Below are positions 25,207 through 40,200 of a stretch of DNA of 64,000 nt, one piece after another (position 1 is the stretch's first letter; every line of letters starts with the position of its first letter). The position numbers and the translations under genes are program-made. This stretch comes from Mytilus trossulus (lineage: Eukaryota). Where the stretch lies: positions 41,354,001 to 41,418,000 of the forward strand of contig NC_086379.1 of NCBI RefSeq assembly GCF_036588685.1, given 5' to 3'. The notes under the pieces were generated by a model. It did not search any database, had not been told where the DNA came from, and saw only the letters and a list, made by a program, of their open reading frames with translations.

Positions 25207-28200
25207 ATGATGACTTCATTCTCAATGTATCTGTTTTGTTTTTGTTTCATCAACTTCTCGTTTACATTAGCTGAAGGAAGATATAAGCGTCAAGCAATAA
25301 ACTTGACGGAACTTGATATAACCAGTGTCAGAAGTAAGTTATGAGATTATTTTTTTTTACAAACTGCATGCACATTTTATCTCTCTGTCTGTTGAGATTT
25401 AACATGATATACAAAATTCTTTAAAAATAATATCATAAAGAAAGAGCACTATTTTAAATATGTTTAAGTAAATATGTTTTTTCATCACCTAGTTTTGCAA
25501 TTTTAAAATTTGATCATGATGATGATGGATGACTTCTGAACGTTCAACTGCAAAGATTTTTTTTGCGGTTAAGATTAAGTATATTTCAAATACTCGTCGA
25601 ATTAAAAATCAGAGTGATTTTTTTTTTATAATGCCAGAAAGGAAGTTAACCACCAGTTGCAACAATTAATTGAAAGTAACAGATAATTAATCTGATTTTT
25701 CTGCTCATAAAACTTGTTTCTTCAATAAATACGCCTTATCATGTACGCTCGAGGTAAAAAAATTGGAGCATTCAAAACCCTAGAACAGATCAGTCCACAT
25801 CGGTTCAAAGGTAAACTTAGACGCATGTCGTTGTTTTATTTTGTATAAGAACAATGGTTATATTTACAAACCGAGTGAATGGTCGTAAATGACACTAAAT
25901 ATACAATATGGCAATCTGCGGTTTGTTTCTATTAATTCTACAATAGGCATTAAACATGTTAAAAGAGGGGCGAAAGATACCAGAGGAACAGTCAAAACTC
26001 ATAAATCGAAAACAAACGGACAACATCATGGCTAAAAATGATAAAATGAGAAACAGACAAATAAAAGTAAACAAGAAACAACATAGAAAACTAAATACTG
26101 AGCAACACGAACCCCACCAAAAACCATTAAAGTTTCTATATTGTACGAAAAATATTAGGAATAGTTAGAATTTTTCTTTCAGATATTGACAAGGAAGCCA
26201 GGAAACAGCTGATGTTCCTGATAGCAGATCGTTTAAATGATACTGTTGTTACACAATCTGATTTGGCTGGAACCTGCCAAAGTAAACTTAACAGTACAAT
26301 AGATGGATGTACTACGTGTAAAGCAGATATATGCGCTAAGTATGTGTATTTTGTATAATAGAAGAATTATTTTAAAACAAAAGTTTTGTAAGAATTAACC
26401 AGAATATTATCTAAATCAACTATATTCAAAGGATACTGTTAGATATATACAAACTTCCCACAATGATATAACGTTCCGTTAAAATAATCTTATAAGCGTA
26501 CTAGTACGCTGAAATTACTAGTAACATATGCCAATTACACATCAGCGGATTAATATGTTGATTCGTTGGTTTTTTCCTAAAAAGTATTGAGAATTCCTTC
26601 GGAACATACATATATGTCAAACTTGGTAAATGAGAGTTGAGAACCAGTCTATTCTTCTTCGCACACGCTATCAAAACCAATAAATAAACTCATCATATAT
26701 TCCAGGATAAAAATTTAAGTATATATGACTGTTCGGTCATGAGATCTTCACTTGGGACTTTATTTTACCTTTTGCAAATTTAAATCCGAGCGTCACTGGG
26801 ATAAATGGAGATGCTCTGTAAGAATACGTAAAATCTCTTTAAAACGTTTTTTTTTGCATTTGAGCGTCACTGGCTATTCTTGTGTTTTTGTCTTATATGT
26901 TCTCCCATCTTTTAGTATTGTAGTCCTGTCATGTTAAGTTGTCGTTTTAATGTTTAATTAAATATTGCCATAAAAGCCAAAGGTTTTGCATGCTACAAAA
27001 CCATGTTCAAACCACCCTTTTTTTCTTGAAATGTCCTGTACCAAGTCAGGAAAATGGCCAGTGTAAATTATAGTTTTGTCTTAGTTCTCCTCTTATATTT
27101 GGTGTTTTTCCCTCAATTTTAATTTCTAACCCGGTTTTTTTTTTTTTCAATCGATTTCTGAATTTCGAACAGCGGTATACTACTGTTGCCTTTATTTGCA
27201 AATTGAATGATTGGTAAAACGGTAAACAATTGTTTTGTACTTGTAATTTTGAGGTAAATTACATAGTAAAGAAGATCGAATTCAAATCAATGTCATTTCT
27301 TTTTTACCTACAACGTTATATATAATAAGTATCTAATATTTGAAATAACAAGTATTTTCTACTTTAACCGTTTTTGCCACATCTGAGGGGGAATTTTGGG
27401 TTCTCAATGCTCTTCAATTTTATACTTGTTTGGCTTTCTAACTGTTTTGATCTGGGCGTCACTCATGAGTCCTTTGTAGACGAAACGCGCGTCTGTAGTA
27501 TTAAATTATACGCATTATACCTTTGATAACTATTGACGGCATTTGTAATAAAAAATAAAATGCATAATTTACTGACAAATATTTATACCGTATAGCAGGT
27601 TATTTTCGCGGGTATTAATTTTTCGCAATTTTCATTGAATAAGGTATACGAAATATTTTGATGGTTGTTATTTTGGCCAATCTTGTATCAATACCTTCGC
27701 TGGTGCATTTTTTAATTGGCGGAATTTATTTTTTTCGATTATGTTCTATCCGCAAAAATAAGCGAAAATAACCATCTTTACGGTACCAGACAATCACTAA
27801 TTTATTACACATCAGGATGTCACATAATAACAATTGAATGTTTACATTAATTTTGTTTCAGTGTAGAAATTCCATCTTTGTCTGAGGAAGTGTTTAATAG
27901 AATTTCAAATGGCAACTACCGTCCGATTACCTATGCCGGGGAGGTTATGAAGGAAATTGCTCAATGGGCAGTTGGAGCTAAAGACTTCTTGGGAGATCGA
28001 ATGGGGCCGTTTCTTAAAAACATAGGAGAAGATCTGCTAGAAGTAGCTAAGGTGCTTGTAAAAGGTGGAAAATATATAGCAACACCTGCAGTTAATGCGT
28101 TCCAAACACTTGGAGGAACAATTGCGAATGCCGGAAGAGAGATAATTCAATCTATTAGTGGTGATGTAAACAATGTCATAGGCGATTTAAAGGGTTTAGT

Positions 28201-31200
28201 TGGAAAGCCTTTCGAAGACTTTGAAAATGCATTGAAAACAGTTCGTCAGACAGTATCAGAAAAGGCACCTGTCGTTTTAAATGCCATCAAAGATGCAGTT
28301 TTACCTGTCTGGGAAAGTAAGATTTATTCAAAAGATATTTAAAGTAGTATCAATCTTTTTAATATATATCTGCGCTAAGTATGTGGATTTTGTCAATAAG
28401 AATAGAATAAGTTATCTAATGTTTCACCAGCCCAGTTACCAACTGTGCTTCGGGACGTCTAAGTGAAACTTGCTGTTATGTAATATTTAAATCTTTGAAA
28501 ATCCAGGAAGTATCTGACTTTGTTTTTTTGGAAACGTTGTTGTATCAGCTATTCGTTGTTCGGTTAAGGTGTTTGCTTTTTAATTATTAGTTAAACATAA
28601 GGGACAATGATCAATAATGCTATCATTACTGAAAATAGACAAGTGCCATCATTAGGGAAAACTAAATGGTATGAATATCAAATTTAAGTCATACAGTTTT
28701 TCTGAATTGACAAGAAACCCCAAGAAACGATGTACTGTTAGAACCGGTTCCATTAGTGAAGTTGGAATTTGCAATAGAGGTCATCGGCAGCTTTGTATGG
28801 CGCTCGTGCTTGTTTTTGTTTCTGTAAAGTATTTGTCTGTTTGCTCTTCTTTTTAAATGATTTTGACATGATGCTGCATCTCTCTTAAGGTTATGTTATT
28901 GATTTCCCTCGATCGTTGATACTAACCGTCGTTTTACACAAACTGACTTTGAAGAAGGGAATGAATACGACGAATTGTATGGTTCTCAGTCTGATAAATG
29001 ACTTTATAATATTTCTGCCTAAAAGATGTGTTATAATTTTACAAACGGCTATGACCTTCATGTGTACCGTTTAGGAACAATGTTTGGCATTTTAGTCTAT
29101 TTTCTATTTAAAGAAATTCCTCCGTTAAAAATATCAAACCCCTTATAGAGAAAAGTACACAGATAATAAAATATCGACCATTTTTTTCAAGACTGTGTTG
29201 TAAGCGACAGGAACATGCAGATCATAAATCAATTGGTTGAATTTTTTCAACATATTATTATAAATAGTAACCAACGATGTTGAATTGTGTCAATCATAGA
29301 TTTAAGTTCAGATATATAACACCATACTTAATTCTATAGAGTAAATAGCCAAATTTTGGCACATGAGTTGACGTATTCTTAACATTTATTACAGAGACAC
29401 TTGGAAAATTGTTCAGGAGAAAACGTTGTGTATCATCTTGTCCGTCTTGTGACAAATTGGATATTAAGAAAAACACAATAAGTCAGATCATCGATTCAGG
29501 TAGGTATTTGGTTATATTAGCCTCCAAGCATAAGGAGAATAGAACTCGTATGAATTCATTTTCAAATAATATTGACTCATTAAAATCTAAAATGCCCCTA
29601 CCATGTCTTTTAGGCAAATTCATAAATCATTAATTGCTATTAGCATTTTGTTAACATGTTTACATTTCCGATACTGAAGGGGTGTCTCTTGAATAAAAAA
29701 AAACTCATCATAGATACCAGGATTTAATTTAGTATATACGCCAGACGCGCGTTTCGTCTACAAAAGACTCATCAGTGACGCTCGAATCCAAAAAAGTTCA
29801 AGAGGCCAAATAAAGTACGAAGTTGAAGAGCATTGAGGACCAAAATTCCGAAAAGTTTTGCAAAATACAGCTAAGGTAATCTATGCCTGAGGTAGAAAAT
29901 CCTTAGTATTTCAAACAATTCATCGTCCTGAATATGCATGAAATATTTCCCACTGGACGTTAAGCAACCAACAATCAATCAAACAATTCAAAAATTTGTA
30001 AACAGTAAATTTATAAAGATAACCATATCAATGACAATTCATGTCAGCACAAAAAGTAAATGGTGTTTAGCATTTCGTAACAAGTATGAAAAAGTTAACC
30101 AGTGTAAAGGAGTATACTTCTGAAGAAGTTTAAGTTTTCCCGTAATAGATGGGACTGCGTCTGGTATATTATGTTCAATTTCGATGAATCAAAAGCTGAA
30201 TATCATAAAATATTTTCCAAGTTCAGTATTTAATAGTATTTAATCAATTTATGATAGTGAAGCTTACATGAAATTTGAATTATAATCAGCAAACAAATAA
30301 CCATCAGATTTATTTCTATCCATTCTAGGGAAGCCTTTATTTATCATAATCAATTCTTCAATATAAAATATGATTTTGTGAACAATTTAGCGATCCTATT
30401 TAATGTTATTTACCTTAGCACTTTTTTTCATAGTTTGTGGTGCAGATACAACAAAACAAAAGAAACAAGCAATGACCGAAATAACATACCTCAAAGACCT
30501 GTACAATAAAACAAAAGACAACGAACAGATAACAAAGGTATGTACCTATAACGTCGTTCATAAATACAATTTGTATTTTACTCAACTTAACTATACAATA
30601 TTACAAACTGAAAAGGCAAAGATTTGATTTGTTTTTTAAGAAGGTTACTTGATTTAAAAGTTTATATATTTTCAACAGCTTTTCATAAACATAAAATGAA
30701 TACTTTGTCGCAAGAGTAACCATACTTGTGCTATTTTCTCCTGTGAAATTATGTCGATCTTGGCTTTAGTCATGACAGTTTTTCCCTGTTCTGTGAATGT
30801 CTTAAGAGTATGAAAGCTTATGTGGAAGTACAGCAACATATTTTAGATTGTACGCCGGAACGATTTCGCATCATCTGTTGAGTACTTAAATATAAAAAAA
30901 GGCTACCTGTTCAAGAACTATTATCATCTTTTAAAACGGCATGAGCTTGAGATGGCACTGTTGTGACGCAGTGTTACTTCTGTTTAATCATACAATAATG
31001 TTATATTACCTCATTTACCAATTAACTAATCGAGATTTAAAATTGGACGAAATGACGTTAGGTTTGTTTTAATGCCATGAACAACCCTTTCGTGAAAATA
31101 CTAGTACTACGAAAATAAGTAAATCCCGCCATGTGTTAAGTAATGACGTTTTACCACGATACATAATTCTTAAAACCAACAAATGAATACATGTCGTTGA

Positions 31201-31513
31201 CCTCTGTCAAGATCTACTTTCAACCTTTGACATTGGAATTAATGCTATGTTAACAATGAATAATAGATAACTTAACGGATACCAACTACAGTATTGTCAT
31301 TTTGTATTTCAGATTGAGTATGATTTGTCTTCAATTGCACTTGATAGTCCAGATAAAATTTATATGGACTCATTTTACACGATCGGAGGATTACAGATGC
31401 AATTGTTTGCCGGTGTCCTAAACATTTCATCACCTGAAGAGACAGGGATGTCAATAGCACAACAGTTTTTCGCTACCGAAATAGCTGATAGACAATCACG
31501 CACGACAGTCTAG
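25207..31513 (+). CDS. Gene D: secreted precursor (~382 aa) with a neutral apolipoprotein-like amphipathic insert
   Basis: Exons 25207-25333 (alternative in-frame ATGs at 25183 and 25210), 26183-26339, 27862-28316, 29395-29499, 30434-30537, 31313-31513; GT-AG; in frame. Hydrophobic leader followed by RYKR; CQSKLNSTIDGCTTCKADIC; TLGKLFRRKRCVSSCPSC; VCG; IEYDLSS...RTTV*. Confidence 0.9.
27586..27785. mobile_element. Small mariner-like MITE (TACCGTA...TACGGTA) in intron 2 of gene D
   Basis: Short terminal inverted repeats with internal TTTTCGC / GCGAAAA repeats. Confidence 0.55.
29700..30055. repeat. Copy of an abundant dispersed repeat (core ACGCCAGACGCGCGTTTCGTCTAC...ACTCATCAGTGACGCTC)
   Basis: The same core recurs at about 340-400 (-), 13910-14040, 16510-16640, 27395-27530 (-), 33260-33510, 38130-38270 and 41765-42210. 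Confidence 0.8.
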
Positions 31514-33510
31514 TGACTTGGGTGTGTTCATATAACCTGGACTAACCATTTGTATCATTTTCTGTCATACAGATTTTTTTAGAATAAAGTATTGATTTTT
31601 ATCAATATGTATTTTATTACTTTGCCTATAGTTATTGTTATCTACTGTTAGCTACTGATTGTATTTCATCCGCATGATCTTAAACATATTTTAGCCTTAA
31701 CCAAAACTGATAATTTTTAAGATAATTTTGCTCTATATGTGAGAGAAAAAGGGCAATATAACGGACTTGTCCTAAAATATAGGAATTTCAATTTTAGATG
31801 ACTCTTAGAGATTATGGTTTTTACTTAATTTTTTGTCCTATCATTTTAGTTCGAATGTTTATAACAACGAGGCTGTAGCGTGATGCCATCACACTGATCA
31901 TTCTGACGCAAATTTAAGTTAACATCTGAATTGAAATGATTTCTACTGACAAAAAGTATAACAACGACTAACAATGTTTAATCAGTTCAAGGACAAAAAA
32001 ACATATTATCTGGAAGAGGTTTTTTTCAGAGCTTTATAAAGAGAGGCAAAGATGCATAGGTGAAAATAAACTGACAATGCCATAGGAGAAATAATAAAAA
32101 AGACAAAAAGACAAAAATTATACATAAGACAAAATAGAACACCAACAACTGAGCAACATGATCCCAATCAAAATACGGAGCTGCAATTTTTAGTGTAGAC
32201 ATCGGTGTAAACTGGATAAGGAGAGTAAGAAATAGCTTTGTTTTCTTATTTGAATAAATTTATAAATAATGTGTTTATTCGCATGCCACATCAAAGAAGA
32301 CACATGAACTACTAAAAAAAACATAACTTTTACGCCCTTTACTTGGATATGACCAAAATCTTCAATAACATATGTTTACACACTGGATGAGAATACAGAT
32401 AATAATTGTATGACGTAATACAACATTAAAGTCAGAAAAACAAATTATATTTTTTTTTATTCACGGCTATGAACTTATCACAGAGTTATGTGAGAAATAT
32501 TCATAGTTTTCATTACAACATTTTATTTGAAGGCAACTCTGAGAAATTGAAGGACTTTAGAATGTTTCTTATAAGGGAAAGGATTTCCTCGGGACTTTAA
32601 AAAACATGCGACATTTTAAGTGAATTGTCCTCGGCGTTCAGTATTTTTATGATTTTTTTTTCAACCTGGACGATACATGAAACCCATTAAACTTTGATCA
32701 ATCTCTTGTTAGTGAGTTAAACTTACCTTTCTTTTTTTTACCAGTTTCGTTACAACAATAGTGTATCTACTAATTATCTCAATTATTTATTTTTACAAAT
32801 TGTTTCTGTTTTGAAATGACATAAATTTTCATCGAGAACTAGCAAAAAGAGAAAATTTACTGTGCAACGATGTGTCTAACCGTAAAAATTTTTAAAAATC
32901 TTTTAGAATACATTTTATTTCAATTTACAAACATTTCTTCATCAATTTTTAACAACTACTGAAAAAGTATTTAAGATTTAAAGAAAAGCAAATAAAGCTG
33001 AGTAAATTAAAAACTTTGTAGAAAGATTTCTCTTAAATGGAATTAATTCTACTCAAGTTTTCGAAGTACTCAAAGCGTATCTTTGCAAATTACTCTGAAT
33101 AAATAAAATATTTGAAAACAAATATGACTGCCAAAAACTTTAAAGTAAAATCAACTCATTGTTCCTGCAAATTTGGGTTGCCTTTCAGAAATAGTCATGA
33201 TTTGTTCAGGAATGTTCATGTTCAATTTTTTGTCATTTATGTTTTTAAAAGGTTCCAATAAACTCATCATAGATACCAGGACTAAATTTAGAATATACGC
33301 CATACGCGCGTTTCGTCTACTAAAGACTCATCAATGACGCTCGAATCCAAAAAAGTTTAAAATGCCAAATAAAGTATGAAGTTGAAGAGCATTGAGAAAT
33401 AAAATTCCTAAAAGTTTTGCCAAATACAGCCAAGTTAATCTATGCCTGAGGCAGAAAAGCCTTAGTATTTCAAAAAATTCAAAAATTTGTAAACAGTAAA
33501 TTTATAAATA

Positions 33511-34699
33511 TACTGAGAACCAATGAAAACGCAACACTTGGTTTCCAAAAATAAAATTTATATTAGAAATGATATTCTTTCAAAATAAATTGTTCTTGAA
33601 CATGAACAATTTTAACAATAGATCGATATCAAACAAAAAAGTGTCATTGTCATTTTTCGGGCGCAATAGGTAAACGAAACATCCAATGTCGAATCATAAA
33701 ACTCACAGTCATAACACAAAATGTTACAACCCCATGGTGCAGCGTAATCTCGACAGCGCCGTTGAATTGATCATCCCGGACGTTTAATGTGATCCCGAGG
33801 ATGTTTTTCCACTTGTCCCGCAAAGCAAACTTAAGCTGACTTTATGATATTGGTGGTGGTTTTCATCGTCTAAACCATGTCAAATCTAATGCAAACTTTG
33901 CTCGATCGGACCAAAATCCGGCGATAAGCATGACTTTTGGCCAAGGCGAGTTCCAAATGTCTATGTAACCACCAATGACAGTTCTTTGTACATAATGAAT
34001 GGTTTTAGGTCTACAGAATTCGATGTTTACGCCAGACGGCCGTTTAGATGTAAGATTGTGGTGCTCTTTAACAATTTCTGCCCAAATTGTGCTTTTCTGA
34101 AATTGATCCAAAGGTTCTACCGTAATCACCATTGAACTCTCGTGACTTTTGGACAGCCACCAGAGTTGATATCGGATAAGTTAAAGACCAAATGTATCGG
34201 TCTTGCTGAGCGTTTCTTGTGTTTTGTACCCGGGGATGTGGCTTATCATTAAATGATTCATTTTGGTTGAATTTGTGGATGATTTAGGTTATTGGAGAGG
34301 CTACAACTTCAGTCTTCTCGTAATTGTATGCTGCGAATAGCTTCATTTGATCATGCCCAAAACTGCATGTCACAAGTTGTCAGAAAGTCCTGGCATTTAC
34401 TCAGATGTTTATTGCAGTTTCTTAACAATAAGGGCGGGAAAATTCATGACATTAGCCAAGCTTTAAATGACAATATCGTGACGATGGTGCGTATGTTGAA
34501 AAGCAGTGAACTCGGTTTATGTCCGTTCAAAATAACCCTTACTTCACATTTGTTCCAAAAATCACTCAACCGTAAAGTTATCGATACTTGTCTTAAAAGT
34601 CATTTTCAACCAACTATACAAATTTCTAATATAAGTAAAATAAAAATTATAAGATTTTTTTGTAAAATAAAAGTGTTGCGTTTTCATTGGCACTCAGTA
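33511..34699 (-). mobile_element. Decayed, internally deleted Tc1 transposon
   Basis: 29-bp TIRs (33511-33539, 34671-34699; 2 mismatches), TA TSD, inserted in a copy of the dispersed repeat whose two halves rejoin. Minus-strand transposase remnants: MPGLSDNL*HAVLGM... from 34396, KFNQNESFNDKP, QQDRYI, and SPDFGPIE (33901-33924) matching the Tc1 SPDLNPIE motif, with stops and frameshifts. Confidence 0.88.
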
Positions 34700-37215
34700 T
34701 ATAACCATATCAATGACAATTCATGTCAGCACAAAAAGTGTTGACTACTGGGATTGTGATACCCTCGGGGAAATAAAACTCCACCAGCAGTGGCATCGAC
34801 CCAGTGGATGTAAATAAACTCATCATAGATACCAAATGATGTTAAGATATGCATCGTTAAGGGCAATCACAATCTCTCTAAGAATTTATGTATTGGTCTC
34901 CATGTTTGGTTCAAAATATGTTTTGCTATGACTCGGACCCTGTTCAGGTCCCGTTAGTTTTATAGAAAAATATTAGGTTTACATGTATAAAAATCCGTTT
35001 AGAGTTGTTTACACTATACACCAAAAAATTACATATAGAATTTAAAAGTTCTTTTTCTCATATTTTTTTTTTTAATAAACTATTTCGAAATTCGTAATGA
35101 CAAAGCCTTTCATAACTACGGAAATGGTTTTTGCACATTACTAGAGGTTCAACAATGACATTTAGTTGCTTACATTAAAAAGAAGATGTGTTACGATTGC
35201 CAATAAAACAATTGTCCATAGGAGACAAAAATGACACAGATTTTAACAATTATAGGTTACCATACGGCCTTTTTCAGTTGCATTTTTATGATTATGATGG
35301 ATAAATGTATCATTTGCAACCAGGACCAATTCCCATTATACTATGTAGAGTTCCGAGATACCCTTTGACTTAACGTTTCGCTTTATATGTTGCCTTCCAG
35401 TTATTAATCCAGACTTCATTGACTACGTATATAAGTTCATTCTTTTAGACTTAAAACAAATCATACTACGTAATATTATAGTACTTTCTAGTTGATGACT
35501 TATACTCGTATTCTATATATTAGCAATTAGGTTTGAGATTGATAAGTTTGAAGACATGTTGAACTCTCATTTATAATACAAGTTAATTATGAGAGCACAT
35601 TCAAGCAGCATATCAAACTTTTGGTATCTTCTAAATACTTTTCTTGTCATGATTGTGATTGTCTTATGTAGAAATCTTTATTTTATAAATAGGAGTAATG
35701 GTGATTTAGAAAAGATGGACTTATTCCTGTGTCTTAACGCTTGGTTTGACATTCTTCAGTATTTTCAACTTTGCGTTGCAACCGAAAAAGAGGAAATACA
35801 AGTACCTAAATATAACAATAGTTTTAGAGTAACAAAATAGTACTGAATATTAAAAGTAGATTTCCAGTACTACAAATTTTAAGCACAGAAATAGTATCTA
35901 TGCAAAAGTAGCAGTGTAGTTACTGTACAGACTACTTATATAAGTCATCTCAGAGTAATTTAAAAAAAAACAAAAAACGTACAATTAAAGAACTTTGTCA
36001 ATATATTTGTGTGAAATGCTTAAAATATTCTTGTTGATCTTGTTTTTTTTTGTTCTATGCTTTTGTTTGCTTTATTGTTTTTTTAACTGTATTTTATGTT
36101 TTACATACAATAAAGATCAGTTATTTACTGTTACAGTAGTCTGTGTTGCATTTTAAAGAAATAAGAAAAATATAGAAAATGAGCTTAGCCGAGTCGCAGT
36201 AGGCAATGTTAAGCTGCGACACTAGAAGGGACATATGATATGACTACTGTTATTAACCTGTACTGGTTCTAGATCCAAAACAACTCTAAAACAAACAATT
36301 TATAAGTAAGAGGATAACCTCCAGTTTTTTGGTGGAGTTCATGTTGCGTAGTCTTTATCTTTCTATGTTGTGTTTGTGTACTATTATTTGCCTGTTTGTT
36401 TTTTGTCATTTTAAGCAATGGTGTTATTAGTTTATTTTCGATTTATGAGTTTGACTGTTCCTCTGGTATCTTTCGCCCCTCTTCTCTGTTTTTTTTTGTT
36501 TGTTCATTAACTGCTGAGATCCCATTTCCCCCCCAATAAAAACGTATTGATGATAGAAAATGTATAGTCCATATAGGCTTTTAAATTTGATTCTATAGTA
36601 AATTTAAAACACTCAAATATACAACATATTCGTTTTTCTTCTCAATTACTATCAAATTTACATACACGATTTGATGACGTAATTATTCTTCCCGCAAATT
36701 TGGAATATTATTATTACTTTTTTGCAACAGGCTGCCACAGTTAGATGTATCTTTTTTTGCTTCTGCTTCTATTCCCTAATAGAATCAGATGTGATGGAGA
36801 ATATACAGAAAGTTATATTTTTTTCTCTTATGAAATACACTTTTAAAGCTATTAGTTTGTCATTACCTTCACCTTCTAGATAATTCTCATACGATCTTTT
36901 CGAAATATATATAGGAGGATGACCCGAATAACTTGTGCACATTTGTTTCCTCGTTAGGGCAATATAATTGTAAATGATTAGTTTTTCGACAATTCATCTT
37001 AAGTTTTACATTGTCTGAAATTTTACAAACAAAAAATTATGTGAAAAGTTTTGACAGCTTATATACATAAGTAAACAACTTATCATGCAACAAAACAACC
37101 GCATGTTTTAATTCTGTGAATGTTCATTAATTTTGAAGGTATAAAACACACAGAGCTTCAAGTTATGTACTTTAGCCTCTAGATTTAAGTGACTGTGCAA
37201 ACTATAACTTTTACG

Positions 37216-40200
37216 ATGACTTCAATCTCAGTGTATCTATTTTGTTTTTGTTTTCTTTCCTTCTCGTTAACTTTCGTGGAATGCAGAAATAACCTCAGAG
37301 CAATAAATGTTGCGGAACTTGATGTTAACATTGTCAAAAGTAAGTTAAGATTAATATTTTACAAACTGCATTTAAATTTGATCTCACTGTTTGTAGAAAT
37401 TCAACATACAAAATACTTCAAAAATCATATCATCAAGAATACAAGTACTTTAAATGTCTGTTCCTACTTACGGAATATCTTTGATGTTTTGCCTTTAAAG
37501 AACTTTAATGATGATTTTGACGAGGATGATAAATGACTATTTAACGTTAACTACAAATTGTTTTGTAAAATATTTGTTTGTTATGACAGTGATTACGATT
37601 ATAACACATTGCTAACTGCTGTACCCCTATTTTTGACAATTTCGTTGTCATTATATGTGACTGTTATACAAGTGAGAGGTTTGGCTAGCTATAAAACCAG
37701 ATTGTATCCACCATTTTCTGCATATGAAAATGCCGGTAACAATTCAGGAATATGACAGTGGGTATGAATTCGTGTTATGTGTTTGAGCTTTTGGTTTTGC
37801 CATTCGATTAGGGTCTTTCCGTTTTGAATTTCTTCTCGATATTTTGTTTTTTAAACGTTTTAAATGCATATTCGAGAGGATTATAAACGATGAGTTAATA
37901 CCCTGATTGTACTACTGAGTTGGATTTGTAACGTGTTACTTCACATGATGAAATCCGACTAGGAGACATTGCATACACATTATTCTGACCCCACGCCGAT
38001 CATTCTTGGGTCTTACTCCTTAATCCCGCGCGTTTATTTATCAAGTTAGGTATTTTACTTGTTGGTGTAAGAAATTATTTTCCCTATAATGAAACTCCAT
38101 AAGAAACCTAAAAAGTTATCAAAGTTACCAGGATGATAATTGAATACGCCAGACGCGCGTTTCGTCTTCATAAGATAAAAAAAAGTTACAAAGCCAAAAA
38201 AGTACAAAGTTGAAGAGCATGGAGGACCCACAAATTTTAAATGTTGTGCCAAATACGGCTAAGGTAAATTTATAAAGAACACAAAAAACTAGGGACACCA
38301 AGAAAATCAAATATCAGGTGAGATAATTTATGCAGGAACTATCAAGTACAATTAAATAATCGTAGACAGCTTAAAAGTTACAGTTAAAATCATGCCACCA
38401 CGACAGTCCTACAGCAACGGCAACAACTAAGGGAAGTAATAATTAAAAAGAAACATAGTATACTGCTCATGAAACAGTTGTGTCAAGGAAAAGAGTTTTA
38501 TTCTGGTATGCTTGGGGCAGAAATTGCAGTGCATGAAAAAAAAATAAACCAGGAGTAGATTTGTCAAAATCGGGTTAAAAGTCAATTTGGTCAGAGAGAA
38601 TTGCAACTTTACAAAGCAAGTGAAGTCAGGTTGTAAATGGCATCAAATACACAGTATGGTAATCTGCGGTTTATCAAGGTATTAGAAGAACACTTGATCA
38701 AATCATTGCTACTTTCCTATTACAATAATTTTATGATCCGATAAGGATTAAAGTGATTAAAAAGAAAATGTTAGTACGTTTAGCTTGAATTTTCAGGTAT
38801 TGACAAGGAAGCTCGGAAACAGTTGTTGTTTCTGATTGCAAATCGCTTAAATGATACTGTATCTACACAATCTGTTTTGGCGGGAAACTGCCAAAATAAA
38901 CTAAACAGTACAATAAATGGATGTTCTACCTGCAAAACAGATCTGTGTGCTAAGTAAGTTATGTACAATTAAAGGTTATCATGCTAAAGATAATGAGATA
39001 AATCAGCAAATTCTGAAACAACGACAACAAGAATGATGCTGCCACTGTTTCAGAGTTTGATAAATTAGAGGCAATAGTATTTCAAATCTCAAAAACACAA
39101 TGCAAAGATACAAATTAATGTAAAAACAAAGCATGCGCAATTCAGAATTTGTCAACAAAACGTTTATGCATACAATGCCCGCCATGACAAGGATAAAATT
39201 CGAATTTCACAGTCCAGGCTATGTGTAAATTTCTCCACAAATCTATGTCTTCCATGAATTATTTCTAAATATTAGCAGCGTTTCTCTGCTAAGTAAGAAC
39301 TTAAGGGGTAGTTAGGTTTAAGGCGTTTTTAATAACTGATACCTATTGCCAGAAAATCACGTATATATTACATATCAGGAAGGCACAATTTAACATAAAT
39401 GCTAAATTTGTTATTTTAATTGATTTTGTTTTAGCGTACAAATTCCATCTTTTTCTGAGGAAGTGCTTAGTAAAATTTCAATAGCCAATTACCGTCCGGT
39501 AACCTACGCCGGAGAGGTAATGAAGGAAATTGCACAATGGGCAGTTGGAGCTAAAGACTTCTTTGGGTATCGATTGGGTCCGTTTCTTGAAAACATAGGA
39601 GATGATCTGATAGAAGTTGCTAAGGTGCTTATAAAAGGCGGGAAATATATAGCATCACCTGCTGCTGAAGCGTTCCGGTCACTTGGAGGATCAATTACGA
39701 AAGCCGGAAGGGAGATAATTCAAGCTGTAAAGGGGGATGTAAACAATATTATAGTCAATTTAAAGGGGCTTATTGGTAAGCCTTTCGAAGACTTTGAAAA
39801 TACATTGAACACAGTTCGTCAGATAGTATCAGAAAAAGCACCTGTCGTTATAGATGCTATAAAAGATGCAGTCTTACCTGTTTGGGAAAGTAAGTTTTCA
39901 ATTGAAAATATATTCAAATTAGTGCCAATCTCTTTTTGTAATCTTTATACAATTTTTGTAAGACAATAAGGCAATAAGATTTCTAGAATGAATTACATTG
40001 TGTATAACCTGCTTTGTTACCAACTGTGCCTTGGTACTGGCTTAAAAATATGAATACTGTCTTTTGTGAAACTTGCTGTTATGGAATATTAAAATCACTG
40101 GAAATCTTGGAATCTCACAGTGGCATTTAGTTCCGTTTTATCAGCCTTATCATTGTTTTAATTTCAAACATTGAATACTACATAAAGTGCATTAAAATGG

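Noticed and set aside
31502-31513. C-terminal -TTV PDZ-binding motif in D and E
   Set aside because: The proteins have signal peptides and no transmembrane anchor, so the C-terminus would not be cytosolic.
34292-34744. 150-aa plus-strand ORF
   Set aside because: It overlaps the decayed Tc1 element on the non-coding strand and runs through the TIR into a host repeat. The transposase motifs are on the minus strand.
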